A stretch of DNA of 64,000 nt, from contig CALXVB010000003.1 in NCBI GenBank assembly GCA_944391855.1, positions 1-64,000 of the forward strand, given 5' to 3'. The position numbers were made by a program, and so were the translations under genes. Shown here in pieces: positions 30,411-41,465 of this stretch. The notes below the pieces were generated by a model. It had not been told where the DNA came from, did no database searches, and saw only the letters and a list, made by a program, of their open reading frames with translations. The DNA is from an uncultured Clostridia bacterium. GTDB lineage: Bacteria; Bacillota; Clostridia; TANB77; CAG-508. The stretch's first letter is position 1; each line of letters starts with the position of its first letter.

Positions 30411-31259
30411 TTATTTTTTAGCCCCTATGGACTTAAATTGTTCAACAATATCTTTATAGCTTTTTTGCAAAGTTTCCATCGTATTCTTACCTGCTTTTTG
30501 TATGTCTTCTGTTTTATTTTCATTTATAGATTTATTCTTTCCCTCTTCATTTTCTTTCGAAATAGAATAAACCCACACAGGGGCCAGAAGGAAGTTTATT
30601 CCAAGGATAAGAAGCATCATTCCACCATATGACATTCCCCAGTTTTCCTCCATTGAAACAACACTCATAATAACAATACCAACAATAAGCATTATTATTC
30701 CAACACCTACCAAGAGTGCACTAAGACATAGTTTTTTGTTCTTTCTTACAAAATTCATGGTTCCACGCTTGGATACTTTTGCAATCGTCTTTTTGTATAA
30801 TTCTTCAATATATGCAAATTCCGGTGTGTTGCCAAATGAAAGTTTTGCTTTATGATATGTCTGTTCCAATTTAGCCATCCAAGCATCATCTGTCTCATAA
30901 TTAGTGTCTTCTAAATTCGAAACTGCCAAAATAAAGAAATCGTAAATATCCTCTTTTGTATTAGTGACATAGAAATTGGTTATCAACTCAATTTTCTTGT
31001 CGACAGTTTCAGTTTTCTCTATCTTTCGAGCAAGTTCACTAACTAGACTATCAACTTTTACGCTTCGGAGTTCATATCCACAAGAAGGACAGTTCGTAGC
31101 AAAAGATTTTAGTAACTCTCCACAATTAGGACACTTATGTATTTCACCATCATATTTTATTTTTCTTTCTAAAGTCTCTTTTTCTATTGGATTTCCACAT
31201 TTTGAACAAAACTTATCATTATCTTTAAGTTCATTTCCACAATTTTTACAATATATCAT
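30411..31259 (-). CDS. Zinc-ribbon domain membrane protein
   Basis: 282 aa. Two CxxC...CxxC ribbons (CKNCGNEL...CSKCGNPI; CPNCGEL...CPSCGYEL) and C-terminal TM helices. Confidence 0.4.
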   Translation of the reverse strand: MIYCKNCGNELKDNDKFCSKCGNPIEKETLERKIKYDGEIHKCPNCGELLKSFATNCPSCGYELRSVKVDSLVSELARKIEKTETVDKKIELITNFYVTNTKEDIYDFFILAVSNLEDTNYETDDAWMAKLEQTYHKAKLSFGNTPEFAYIEELYKKTIAKVSKRGTMNFVRKNKKLCLSALLVGVGIIMLIVGIVIMSVVSMEENWGMSYGGMMLLILGINFLLAPVWVYSISKENEEGKNKSINENKTEDIQKAGKNTMETLQKSYKDIVEQFKSIGAKK

Positions 31260-31287
31260 ATTATTTCCCCTTTATTTTTTCTTTTAT

Positions 31288-31500
31288 TTATATATTATTC
31301 TCTTTTACTGCATCACAAATGTCCCCAATATTGCAATCTAAATATTCGCAAATTCGTAGAAGAATAGAAAGTGCTACTTCTTCGTTTCTACGTAACTTTG
31401 TCATTGTTCCTGTTGCAATATTTAATTCCTTCCTGAGTGTAGCTTGTGATATATCTTTTTCAATAAGTAATATCCATAATTTTTTATAACTTATCTTCAT
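31288..31500 (-). CDS. Cro/C1-type XRE HTH regulator
   Basis: 70 aa. ISQATLRKELNIATGTMTKLRRNE is an HTH_3 core. Confidence 0.55.
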   Translation of the reverse strand: MKISYKKLWILLIEKDISQATLRKELNIATGTMTKLRRNEEVALSILLRICEYLDCNIGDICDAVKENNI

Positions 31501-31628
31501 TCTATGACACCCTATCCTTATAAATTATATACTTCATGTGTTAAAAAATCAAGCTTTTTTCGCATCTTTTTTGTTGTTTTTCTTAAGTTCTTGCGATTTT
31601 TTTATGTTTCATTTATGTTTAAAATTTA

Positions 31629-32048
31629 TTATTTACTATATGGAATTATAAATATATTATTTCCACCTGTTTCTTCACCATTAAATATTATTTTTACAGA
31701 ATCTTCTTGCCACTCTACTTTATAGTTATCTTCATGTAGCCTGGCCCCATCATTTGCTAATTCTGTCTCAAAAGTAACTTCATTAACTTTATCTAAATCA
31801 TCATTCTTGAGCCAATTTCCATAAAAACGTACAGCTATTTTCTGTGGTCCAAAAAACATAGATTCTCCTACTGTATAGCAGCTAACAACGTATTTTCCAT
31901 CAGCAGATTCTTCTTTAAACCATAAAACCTCATTATCTCCAATTAAAAATCCTATTAAATTGAAAAACAAAACAATTCCTAAAATCACGGCAGTAATAAT
32001 AAACAGTACCATAAATGTTGTGTATTTGTTATCTTTCATATATTCCAC
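31629..32048 (-). CDS. Hypothetical membrane-anchored protein
   Basis: 139 aa with one N-terminal TM helix. No motif recognised. Confidence 0.3.
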   Translation of the reverse strand: MEYMKDNKYTTFMVLFIITAVILGIVLFFNLIGFLIGDNEVLWFKEESADGKYVVSCYTVGESMFFGPQKIAVRFYGNWLKNDDLDKVNEVTFETELANDGARLHEDNYKVEWQEDSVKIIFNGEETGGNNIFIIPYSK

Positions 32049-32070
32049 ACCTCTTATACTTTATTTACTC

Positions 32071-33651
32071 TTAATACACATAATACGCATCACAAGAAGT
32101 TAATCTTTGCAAATATCTAGAATTATCTAAATCTAACGCATCTTTTACTGTATTTATTATAATATCTGTATTTTCTCCTTGATTTAGTAAAACAATAACT
32201 CCTTTTGACGTATCTTTTCCTTTAAACATTTTTTGTATGTTTTCTTCGGTGTATTCCATATCTTTTGTAATATATGAGTTATTAAGTTTTTCAAATGTTA
32301 AAATATCATCAAATAATCTATCTTTTCCTGATTCATATAAATAAATTGTTGGTACATTTAGTTCTCCACTTATTTCATTCATAAATCCTTTCAAATCGTC
32401 ATATAATAGTTCTGGTTTTAATTTAAAAATAAATGGAGATATTAATATTATACAAAATAGTAATGATATAGTTATGTTAGTTATTTTTTCTCCAAATCCA
32501 TTTTGTAAAAGTTTGTATAACCAATAAATAGCTAGTACAAATATAATTCCACATACTGGCGCTACATATCTTAAAACATGCCATGGTGAAGCAATAGCTG
32601 TTATTAAGATAAAGATAATACTAGGCACACTTATCATTATTAAAATATTTTTTGTTTCTTTTTCTAATCCTATTTTTCCTTTTTTTCGTATTTTTGTATA
32701 AATCCACGCTAATATTACTACAATTAAAATAAAGTATAGTAAATTGTTAAATCCATATTCATTTAATACATTTATCTGCTGTGCTATTCCTGTAATAAAT
32801 AAATCTGTAGCCTTTAAATTTTCTATTACTCCTTGTCCTCTATATCCAAAGAACATGTGCTTAATTGAATATGGGAATATTATTAAAGAAATTATTCCTG
32901 CAATAGCCATTGTTAAAGTGTAATATGCAAGTTTCTTTATTTGTTTTTCTCTAATATATTTTACCAAAAATACTAAGTATGTTGGTAACAAATAGAATAA
33001 GTAGTAGTAATGTGTTAATACTCCAGCAAGTACTGTAATTCCAATTAATATTAATAGTTTAAAGTTTATTTCTTCCTTTTTTGATAATTGTATATGTAAA
33101 AATATCGTTATTAATACTTCTAATGTTAATAGACAGTACATTCTAACATATATTACATTGCTTATTGCTGCTAACGTAATTGAAGATATGAACGCTAACA
33201 ACATTGACTTAATATTCGCATTTTTATCATTTTTAAATAGCTCTTTTAATATTAAATACGTAAATATTGTAATAAAAATATATATGATAAAGTTTAGTAT
33301 AAAACCTGGCCATTGAGAAAAATGTCCGTCTGTAAATTCCATACAAATTCTAAGTAGTAAATAATATAATGGTGGGTGTACGTCATTTTTTTGATTTTCA
33401 TATACTGGTCTAAAATCCCATTTTTCATCTTCTTGTACTGCTAGATAATCGTCAAAATACTCTCCGCTGTGCCATGTATTATAAAAGTCTGGATTATCTT
33501 GTATTTCAATTTTATCGTAATTTGTAAGTCCAAATGAATATGCCTCATCTATGTGTAAATATGGATTATTCATTCCAACAAAAATATATATTATAGTTTG
33601 CAATACTAAAAGAATAATAAATAAAATTATTTCTTTCTTTTTCATTAACAT
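32071..33651 (-). CDS. Polytopic membrane glycosyltransferase, GT39/ArnT/PMT-like
   Basis: 526 aa with more than 10 TM helices. An early loop carries HIDEAYSFG (a DE motif, as in PMT_2/ArnT). Confidence 0.45.
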   Translation of the reverse strand: MLMKKKEIILFIILLVLQTIIYIFVGMNNPYLHIDEAYSFGLTNYDKIEIQDNPDFYNTWHSGEYFDDYLAVQEDEKWDFRPVYENQKNDVHPPLYYLLLRICMEFTDGHFSQWPGFILNFIIYIFITIFTYLILKELFKNDKNANIKSMLLAFISSITLAAISNVIYVRMYCLLTLEVLITIFLHIQLSKKEEINFKLLILIGITVLAGVLTHYYYLFYLLPTYLVFLVKYIREKQIKKLAYYTLTMAIAGIISLIIFPYSIKHMFFGYRGQGVIENLKATDLFITGIAQQINVLNEYGFNNLLYFILIVVILAWIYTKIRKKGKIGLEKETKNILIMISVPSIIFILITAIASPWHVLRYVAPVCGIIFVLAIYWLYKLLQNGFGEKITNITISLLFCIILISPFIFKLKPELLYDDLKGFMNEISGELNVPTIYLYESGKDRLFDDILTFEKLNNSYITKDMEYTEENIQKMFKGKDTSKGVIVLLNQGENTDIIINTVKDALDLDNSRYLQRLTSCDAYYVY

Positions 33652-33795
33652 TCCCCTTTTATTTACTTTAGTTTACACAAAGATTATACAACAAAAATAT
33701 TTAATTAGCAATTATGGGTTTTATAGTTATATAATTGATTTCGTTTTTTTACTATGGTAATATATATGTATATTTAAAATATTAGGAGTAACGAA

Positions 33796-34029
33796 ATGTG
33801 CCGAAAAAAATGGGATGAAAGAATGTATGATAAAAAGTGGGATGAAATGCAAAAATACAAAGAATTTGATAAAAGCAACTTTAAAGGAATTGATCATTTT
33901 TCTAAAATATTTAATATAATTTTTAACTTTTTTAGGTTTTCCTTTTTAGGAATTTGTATTCTTGCAATTGTTATAGCTTTGCTAATTTACGTTATATATA
34001 TAATTACTTTTCCAGGTTTTAGTTTTTAG
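33796..34029 (+). CDS. Small hypothetical membrane protein
   Basis: 77 aa with one C-terminal TM helix. Weak call. Confidence 0.2.
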   Translation: MCRKKWDERMYDKKWDEMQKYKEFDKSNFKGIDHFSKIFNIIFNFFRFSFLGICILAIVIALLIYVIYIITFPGFSF

Positions 34030-34083
34030 GTAATACATATAAACACCTAAATGAATTATTAATCATTTAGGTGTTTTCTTTGT

Positions 34084-35856
34084 TTAATCTCTTATTTCAT
34101 TTACATTATCATTTGGGCTCGTTTCTGTTTTTTCCTCATTTCCTTTATTATTTTCTGTTGTACTTGTACTTTCGCTAGGTTTTTGTGTTGTTTCATTTTT
34201 CTTTGTTCCTCTTCTTATTATTCTAGTCATTGGGTCATATGTGTCTTTAGAAAGTAATGTTTTAGAAACAACTTCTCCATTTAATTTTAAAATTTTATAT
34301 GCTTCACTTGTACAACCTGTATATCCTGACTGTTCTACTACTTCTTTTCCTTCTTCTAAAGTATTATCATTTTCATATTTTGTAGTATATGGTATATATG
34401 AAAGTATTACTGATTGTATAACAACCTCATATTCTGTCTCTTCTTTTATTCCATATATACTCATTGTACATACTCCATTTTCTGCTACTGCTTCTATTTT
34501 TATAGGGTATGTTCTATTGTTTTTAAATTGAAAATCTATTGACCCCCAAGCTACTGTAGCATCTCTTCCTGCTGAAACATATGAAGTTAAGAATTGATGA
34601 TTGCTTCTATCTACAATTTCTAAATTTGCATATAGAACCGCGTTATATAGTGTGGATGAAGTTTGGCATATTCCTCCTCCAACGTCTTGCACAACTTTTC
34701 CGCCTGCATAAGCACCAGCTTCTTTATACCCTTCTGCTATTGTTCTTTCTCCTACAACTTGGTTATATGAAAAAGTTTCTCCAGGCATTACTATTGTCCC
34801 GTCAATTTTTTTAGCTGATATTGAAATATTATTGCTTCTATTAAGATTTGTTGGATCATATCTCGTTGTATATGTACCTAGTTCATCTGGGAAAGCTTCC
34901 TCTCCTAAATCTTCTAATGTTTTGTCTGGAATAGTAATTTTTAATGGAATTACATATTCTTCTTTGTCTTCTTCTAATATTTTTTGAGCTTCTTCCATTG
35001 ATATTGCAAAATCAACACCATTTACATGTGTATGTACTGTTGTTGGGTTTTTTGATACATATGCATCTTGTGGCTCTTTATATATTTCATTTCTTATTTG
35101 CTCTAAATTTATTTCATCTGGTTCTACTTCTTCTGTTGGAATTGTAACTATATCATACTTTTTGTTTACGTCTTTTATTTTACTTAATATGTTTTCTTTT
35201 AATTCATCCTTTCTAATAGAAATTCCTGGAGTTCCTTTTACTATAATTAGTTCTTCATCTTCTATATAGTAACTATTTTGAACAACTGCCCCTGGAAGTT
35301 TTGAAGAAATATCATCAATTTTTTTATTTAACGATTCTTCGTCAAAATTGAAATTACATTCTATATTTTTCCCAAATAGCCATGTACCTAGTATTCCATA
35401 ATTATTTGTAATAATGTTTCCATCTCTTCCTATATTGTATGCCTCATTTACCGCTGTATCTATATCAAATTGCGCATTTATCTGATTAGCATTTAAGCTA
35501 GTTTCGTAGTCATCCTTTTTCAAAATTAATTCTTCTTGCACTTTAGTATTAATTACTTCTGTTACAGCTTCTTTTGCTTTTTCTTTTGACATGTTGCTAA
35601 CGTCAATTCCCATTATTGAAACATTATTCAATATATTTTCATTATTTATACTTATTAAAGAGAAAATTACAGAAAAAATTAATAGAAAAATTATTAAAAC
35701 AGAACCCGCTATTATTGGTAGCATAGATTTCTTTTTGCCTTTATTTTTTTCTTTTTGTCCTACCTCTTTTTTGTTACTTTTTTCTTTAGCTACTATTTTT
35801 TCATTTTTTTCTTCTTTCTCATTGTTTTCGTCCATAAAATCTATTTCTCCTATCAT
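34084..35856 (-). CDS. VanW family protein
   Basis: 590 aa. N-terminal TM. C-terminal VanW core GGGICQTSSTLYNAVLYANLEIVDRSNH. Confidence 0.7.
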   Translation of the reverse strand: MIGEIDFMDENNEKEEKNEKIVAKEKSNKKEVGQKEKNKGKKKSMLPIIAGSVLIIFLLIFSVIFSLISINNENILNNVSIMGIDVSNMSKEKAKEAVTEVINTKVQEELILKKDDYETSLNANQINAQFDIDTAVNEAYNIGRDGNIITNNYGILGTWLFGKNIECNFNFDEESLNKKIDDISSKLPGAVVQNSYYIEDEELIIVKGTPGISIRKDELKENILSKIKDVNKKYDIVTIPTEEVEPDEINLEQIRNEIYKEPQDAYVSKNPTTVHTHVNGVDFAISMEEAQKILEEDKEEYVIPLKITIPDKTLEDLGEEAFPDELGTYTTRYDPTNLNRSNNISISAKKIDGTIVMPGETFSYNQVVGERTIAEGYKEAGAYAGGKVVQDVGGGICQTSSTLYNAVLYANLEIVDRSNHQFLTSYVSAGRDATVAWGSIDFQFKNNRTYPIKIEAVAENGVCTMSIYGIKEETEYEVVIQSVILSYIPYTTKYENDNTLEEGKEVVEQSGYTGCTSEAYKILKLNGEVVSKTLLSKDTYDPMTRIIRRGTKKNETTQKPSESTSTTENNKGNEEKTETSPNDNVNEIRD

Positions 35857-36015
35857 AATAAATTTTATACATTTTAATAAATTTATATTACCATAAGTGT
35901 TTATTTTTTACAATATTTTTTTCTCCTTTATTTTACAAAAAAATCTTTTTTTAGCTAGACTTTTATTTTGTTTTTAGGTATAATAAAATAAATTTTGGAG
36001 AAGAGGTTGGTATAA

Positions 36016-36603
36016 ATGATTGGAGATTTGATATCTAGAATACGTACAGAGAGAAACATGTCAAAAGCAGAACTTGCAAGGCATACAAATATTAATATTG
36101 GACACATTGCTCATATTGAAAAAGAGGAAAGAAATCCTAGTCATAGAGCATTGAGGTCTATTTGCAGAGCTTTAGAAGTTCCTTGTCAACCTTTAATGTA
36201 TACATATGATAAGATTTTTACTGAAGAACAAAAAAATAACAAAATGCCTGAACATATTTCATATAATAAAATTTTGGCGGTAGATTCACTAGACTCATTT
36301 ATGGAATGTCCTGTTGACTTTCCTACAGCTGCTTTAGCTTTAAAAGTTCCTGATGATTCAATGGCACCACGTTTAGAAAAGGGTGTATTTGCTTTTATAG
36401 AGCTTAACTCTCCTTTAGAGAATAAAGATATTGGTCTTTTTGAGTATGATGGAAAGATTATTATGCGTAGATATGTAATAAGAAAAGATTCATTAGTTTT
36501 AAGAGCTGATAATAAAGAATTTACAGATATAGCTCTTACGGAAAATACTAAATATACTATTATAGGTAAAATCCTTGGAACAAATACAGGTCTAATTTTC
36601 TAA
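36016..36603 (+). CDS. LexA/phage-repressor-like regulator: XRE HTH plus S24 peptidase domain
   Basis: 195 aa. N-terminal HTH (MSKAELARHTNINIGHIAHIEKEERNPS). C-terminal VPDDSMAPRLEKG...K resembles the S24 Ser/Lys dyad domain. Confidence 0.6.
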   Translation: MIGDLISRIRTERNMSKAELARHTNINIGHIAHIEKEERNPSHRALRSICRALEVPCQPLMYTYDKIFTEEQKNNKMPEHISYNKILAVDSLDSFMECPVDFPTAALALKVPDDSMAPRLEKGVFAFIELNSPLENKDIGLFEYDGKIIMRRYVIRKDSLVLRADNKEFTDIALTENTKYTIIGKILGTNTGLIF

Positions 36604-36729
36604 ATATACTTATCAAAAACTTATCAAAAAATATAAAATTTTACAATTTTTTTCAAAAAAGTATTGAATATTTTATTTTTTAATAATATAATTTAATATA
36701 TTATTAACGAGAGATAAAAGGAGTTAGAG

Positions 36730-37194
36730 ATGGAGTTAGTAAAGAATATATTTTTCAATACAGATAAATTAATAGAAAATGATACAGTTAAAATTTCATA
36801 TACAGGTAAGCTTTTTCAAGAAGATTCTGAAGAAGTCTTTGTTCACTATGGCTTCGGAAATAGCTGGGAAAACTTAAATGAGATACAAATGGAAAAAACT
36901 GAATTAGGATTTCAAGCAGAAATTGAATTAATGTCTAGTGACACATTAAATTTATGTTTTAGAAATTCAAATAATGAGTGGGATAACAATGATTCTCAAA
37001 ACTATATCTTTCCTATAGAAAAGGCAGAACTTTCTTTAGTAGTAAAAGAAGATGCTGAAGTAGATGCCCCACGTAGACTAAGAAAAACATATTTATGGAG
37101 TAAGAAAATACGTTTAGCAGTATATAAAATAATAACTTATTTACCAAAAATAATTTCAGGAAATTATAAAAGAAAAATTAAAAACGAAGAATAA
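36730..37194 (+). CDS. Putative carbohydrate-binding (CBM25/26-like) protein
   Basis: 154 aa. The pattern HYGFGNSWEN...LCFRNSNNEWDNNDSQNYIF resembles starch-binding CBM25/26 signatures (WDNN...NY). Confidence 0.3.
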   Translation: MELVKNIFFNTDKLIENDTVKISYTGKLFQEDSEEVFVHYGFGNSWENLNEIQMEKTELGFQAEIELMSSDTLNLCFRNSNNEWDNNDSQNYIFPIEKAELSLVVKEDAEVDAPRRLRKTYLWSKKIRLAVYKIITYLPKIISGNYKRKIKNEE

Positions 37195-37251
37195 TAATTT
37201 GATATAAATATATAAAAGTAGTAGAAAAATTTAGTTTCTACTACTTTATTT

Positions 37252-38010
37252 TTACATATACCATCCACCATTTATCGAAATAACTTCTCCTGTTGTATAA
37301 TCATCTTCTATAAGCCATTTTACACATTTCGCGATATTTTGTGCCTGTCCTATTCTTTCTAATGGAATTTCCTCTTTTATTCTTTTTATATCTTCTTCAG
37401 AATATTCTTTATTCATATCTGTATCGATTATTCCTGGTGCTATTGCATTAACACGTATATTTGAAGGTCCTAATTCTTTAGCAAGTGCTTTAGTAAATCC
37501 TATTAACCCTGCTTTCGCTGTAGAATAATGCACTTCCATGCTACTTCCGGTAATTCCCCATATAGAGGAAATATTTATTATTAATCCATTTTTTTGATTA
37601 ATCATGCTTTTGGATGCTTTTCTTGTACAATAAAATGCTGAATTTAAATTATTATTTATCATATTATTCCAGTCTTCATCTGTTATTTCTGTAAATAATT
37701 TTGACTGTGCTATTCCAGCATTATTAATAAGTACGTCTATTTTTCCATACTTATCTAAGGCATATTGTATTAGACTTTCTGCTTCTTCTTTTTTAGACAC
37801 GTCTGCTTTATATATATCTACAGAAATTCCTGCTTCTTTTAACTCATTTTCCACATTTTTGGCACAGTTTTCACTTTTGTTATAGTTTAGTATTACAGTA
37901 TATCCTCCCATTGCTAAATACTTTACTATTTCTCTACCTATTCCTCTTGAGCTTCCTGTTACTATAACTACTTTATTATTTAGTGTATTTTTTTCTTGAT
38001 TTTCTACCAT
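37252..38010 (-). CDS. SDR family oxidoreductase (FabG-like)
   Basis: 252 aa. TGSSRGIG cofactor motif and YSTAK catalytic motif. Confidence 0.85.
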   Translation of the reverse strand: MVENQEKNTLNNKVVIVTGSSRGIGREIVKYLAMGGYTVILNYNKSENCAKNVENELKEAGISVDIYKADVSKKEEAESLIQYALDKYGKIDVLINNAGIAQSKLFTEITDEDWNNMINNNLNSAFYCTRKASKSMINQKNGLIINISSIWGITGSSMEVHYSTAKAGLIGFTKALAKELGPSNIRVNAIAPGIIDTDMNKEYSEEDIKRIKEEIPLERIGQAQNIAKCVKWLIEDDYTTGEVISINGGWYM

Positions 38011-38036
38011 GATTTAAATTCGCCCCCTTATATGTT

Positions 38037-38069
38037 GAAAAAAAGAAGAACTAGAAATTCCAGTTCTTC
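38037..38069 (-). terminator. Terminator for the tRNA cluster: GAAGAACT...AGTTCTTC hairpin plus U7 on the minus strand
   Basis: Stem 38045-38052/38062-38069. The A7 run at 38038-38044 on the plus strand is the T-run on the minus strand. Confidence 0.6.
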
Positions 38070-38077
38070 TTTTAGCT

Positions 38078-38390
38078 TGGAGCCACTTGTCCGACTTGAA
38101 CGGACGACCTACTGATTCATACTACTATAATTTTCATTACCACCAAAGGTGTTTGTAGTCTGGACTTTCTCTTTACCATAGCTTATTTGCCTTAGGTACA
38201 CCGTATAAAGTCTCTACACTCGAAGATATAATCTTCTAGCTCGGGATTAGCATATATATAATTTAGCCTTCCCCGAATTAGCGGTGTCCACTATATATGT
38301 TTCCACATATAGGTGCAAGATAGTTCAAAATAAAACTTAAGTTTTATCTATCCCACAAGTCAGTTGCTCTACCAACTGAGCTAAAGTGGC
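38078..38390 (-). tRNA. tRNA-Thr (anticodon UGU) interrupted by a 237-nt intron between positions 36 and 37
   Basis: The exons GCCACTTTAGCTCAGTTGGTAGAGCAACTGACTTGT and AATCAGTAGGTCGTCCGTTCAAGTCGGACAAGTGGCTCCA join into a canonical tRNA-Thr(UGU) cloverleaf. The joined sequence is nearly identical to the Bacillus tRNA-Thr core. Confidence 0.75.
38118..38354 (-). ncRNA. Group I intron (small, tRNA-type) within tRNA-Thr
   Basis: 237 nt, starting with G and ending with omega-G. It carries P/Q/R/S-like elements in order: TAATTCGGGGAAGG, then AATCCCGAGC (a P4 pairing, TCGGG/CCCGA), then CAGACTACA, then GTAGT (a P7 pairing, ACUAC/GUAGU). Confidence 0.6.
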
Positions 38391-38394
38391 ATCT

Positions 38395-38470
38395 TGGTGA
38401 CCCCGACGGGAATCGAACCCATGTCTCCGCCGTGAAAGGGCGATGTCTTAACCGCTTGACCACGGGGCCA
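38395..38470 (-). tRNA. tRNA-Glu (anticodon TTC)
   Basis: Reverse complement reads GGCCCCGTGGTCAAGCGGTTAAGACATCGCCCTTTCACGGCGGAGACATGGGTTCGATTCCCGTCGGGGTCACCA. Confidence 0.85.
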
Positions 38471-38505
38471 TAAATCTGCACCAGGGCTTTGCAGCCCTAG
38501 TAGAT

Positions 38506-38581
38506 TGGTGAGCCATCGCGGACTCGAACCGCGGACAACTTGATTAAAAGTCAAGTGCTCTACCACCTGAGCTAATGACCC
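38506..38581 (-). tRNA. tRNA-Lys (anticodon TTT)
   Basis: Reverse complement reads GGGTCATTAGCTCAGGTGGTAGAGCACTTGACTTTTAATCAAGTTGTCCGCGGTTCGAGTCCGCGATGGCTCACCA. Confidence 0.85.
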
Positions 38582-38718
38582 AGATTTAGGCTTGCGTTTG
38601 TTTTGTAAACGCAAGTATTATTTTAAACTATTTTTTTTAGTTTGTCAATACAATTTGTGAATTTTCTGTGAAATTTCCAATTATTTTTTAGTTTTTATAA
38701 TAATTTATATAAAATAAA

Positions 38719-38904
38719 TTATTTATTTAGCTTTTCTACTAGCTCATCTACATTTATTCCATGGACTTCACATGCTTCTTCAATAGTTTCTGCTTGAGAA
38801 GCTGGGCATCCTAAACAGTGCATACCTGCATCTAATAAAATTTCTGCTTTCTCTGGTGCCATTTCTAATAATTCTCCAATTTTTATATCTTTATCGATTT
38901 TCAT
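38719..38904 (-). CDS. DUF1858-type small redox-disulfide domain protein
   Basis: 61 aa. A CLGCPASQ motif sits within a small conserved domain. Confidence 0.5.
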   Translation of the reverse strand: MKIDKDIKIGELLEMAPEKAEILLDAGMHCLGCPASQAETIEEACEVHGINVDELVEKLNK

Positions 38905-39504
38905 TCTGTATTCTTCCTTTCTTTTAATATTTATTTTCTTATTTTATCCACTTCTAAAATAATATACATAAAATTTTATCACAAATTTTCAAAAAAGTAT
39001 AGACAAAATTTAAAAAATGTTGTATTATTGGTAGAAATTGGAAGGCGGTGTTTGAATTTACTATTCTAGATTTATTTTTCATATTTTTTATTATCCATCT
39101 TTTTATCAGTCTTTATTCAATTTATTTATTTTTCAATAATAAATTATTTCATAATTTACAAGGCGCAAAATTAAATTTAAAATCTAAACATTTTTCTAAT
39201 AAAAACTAAAAGAGGTGAATACTTTATTAGACGTTTACTATTTATTCTTATTTTTTCTTTTTTCTACTGCTATTTAGGCTATAAACTTTTTTCTGATATT
39301 ATTTATTCTAATTCAGTAATAATCCCCTATGGAATACACCCATTTGATATTTGTATTAAAAATCCTGATTTATGGAAATATATTAAAATTACTTTTGTTT
39401 TTACCTATATCTTTTCTTCCTTTATCATTTCTAATTCTTTTTATTTAATCCTGTCTTCTTTAAGTAAAAGAATAAAAGATAAAATTAGTAATTTTCCTGT
39501 AAAA

Positions 39505-41085
<1,581 letters not shown>

Positions 41086-41102
41086 TTACAAGGAGGTTTT
41101 CT

Positions 41103-41450
41103 ATGAAAAAATCTAAAAATAAATTTATTTTATTCTATTTTATGTTTCTATTATTCATATTTTTAATGTTATTCAATAATATATGTAAATCTGCTCTTTT
41201 TGATAGCCCTCCCGCGTTAGTAGATAAATTGACTAATGCATTTGAAAGCATTAAAAGTTGGCTTATTACTCTTGCTACTCCTGCTGCTGCAGTTGCTGTA
41301 GGTGTTGGAGTTTTTATGAAAAAGTTTAGTTTTGGCGATGAAGAAAGAATTAGAGTTGCCAAAAAGTTAATTAGAGGTTCTTTATTTTCTTATGCTTTTA
41401 TTCTTGCAATTAATTTAATTTTATCTGCAATTAAATCTTTAATAGAATAA
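41103..41450 (+). CDS. TrbC/VirB2-like pilin-type protein
   Basis: 115 aa. Signal-peptide-like N-terminus, then a hydrophobic helix (ITLATPAAAVAVGVGVF), a short charged loop, and a second helix. This is the VirB2 topology. Confidence 0.45.
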   Translation: MKKSKNKFILFYFMFLLFIFLMLFNNICKSALFDSPPALVDKLTNAFESIKSWLITLATPAAAVAVGVGVFMKKFSFGDEERIRVAKKLIRGSLFSYAFILAINLILSAIKSLIE

Positions 41451-41465
41451 TTATGGAGGTGTACT

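Noticed and set aside
38041-38394. A T-arm/acceptor-like 3' end (GTTCAAGTCGGACAAGTGGCTCCA) suggested a tmRNA (ssrA) gene
   Set aside because: The 5' end has a full D-arm and anticodon stem, and the two ends rejoin into tRNA-Thr. It lacks the tmRNA 5' GGGG...TTCGAC pattern and any tag ORF. It is better explained as an intron-containing tRNA.
38381-38614. 77-aa ORF from the six-frame track
   Set aside because: It lies entirely over tRNA-Glu, tRNA-Lys and the 5' exon of tRNA-Thr on the same strand. It is a spurious ORF in GC-richer tRNA DNA.
41135-41362. 75-aa minus-strand ORF
   Set aside because: It is antisense inside the VirB2-like gene. Its Ala/Thr-rich product mirrors the pilin hydrophobic segment.
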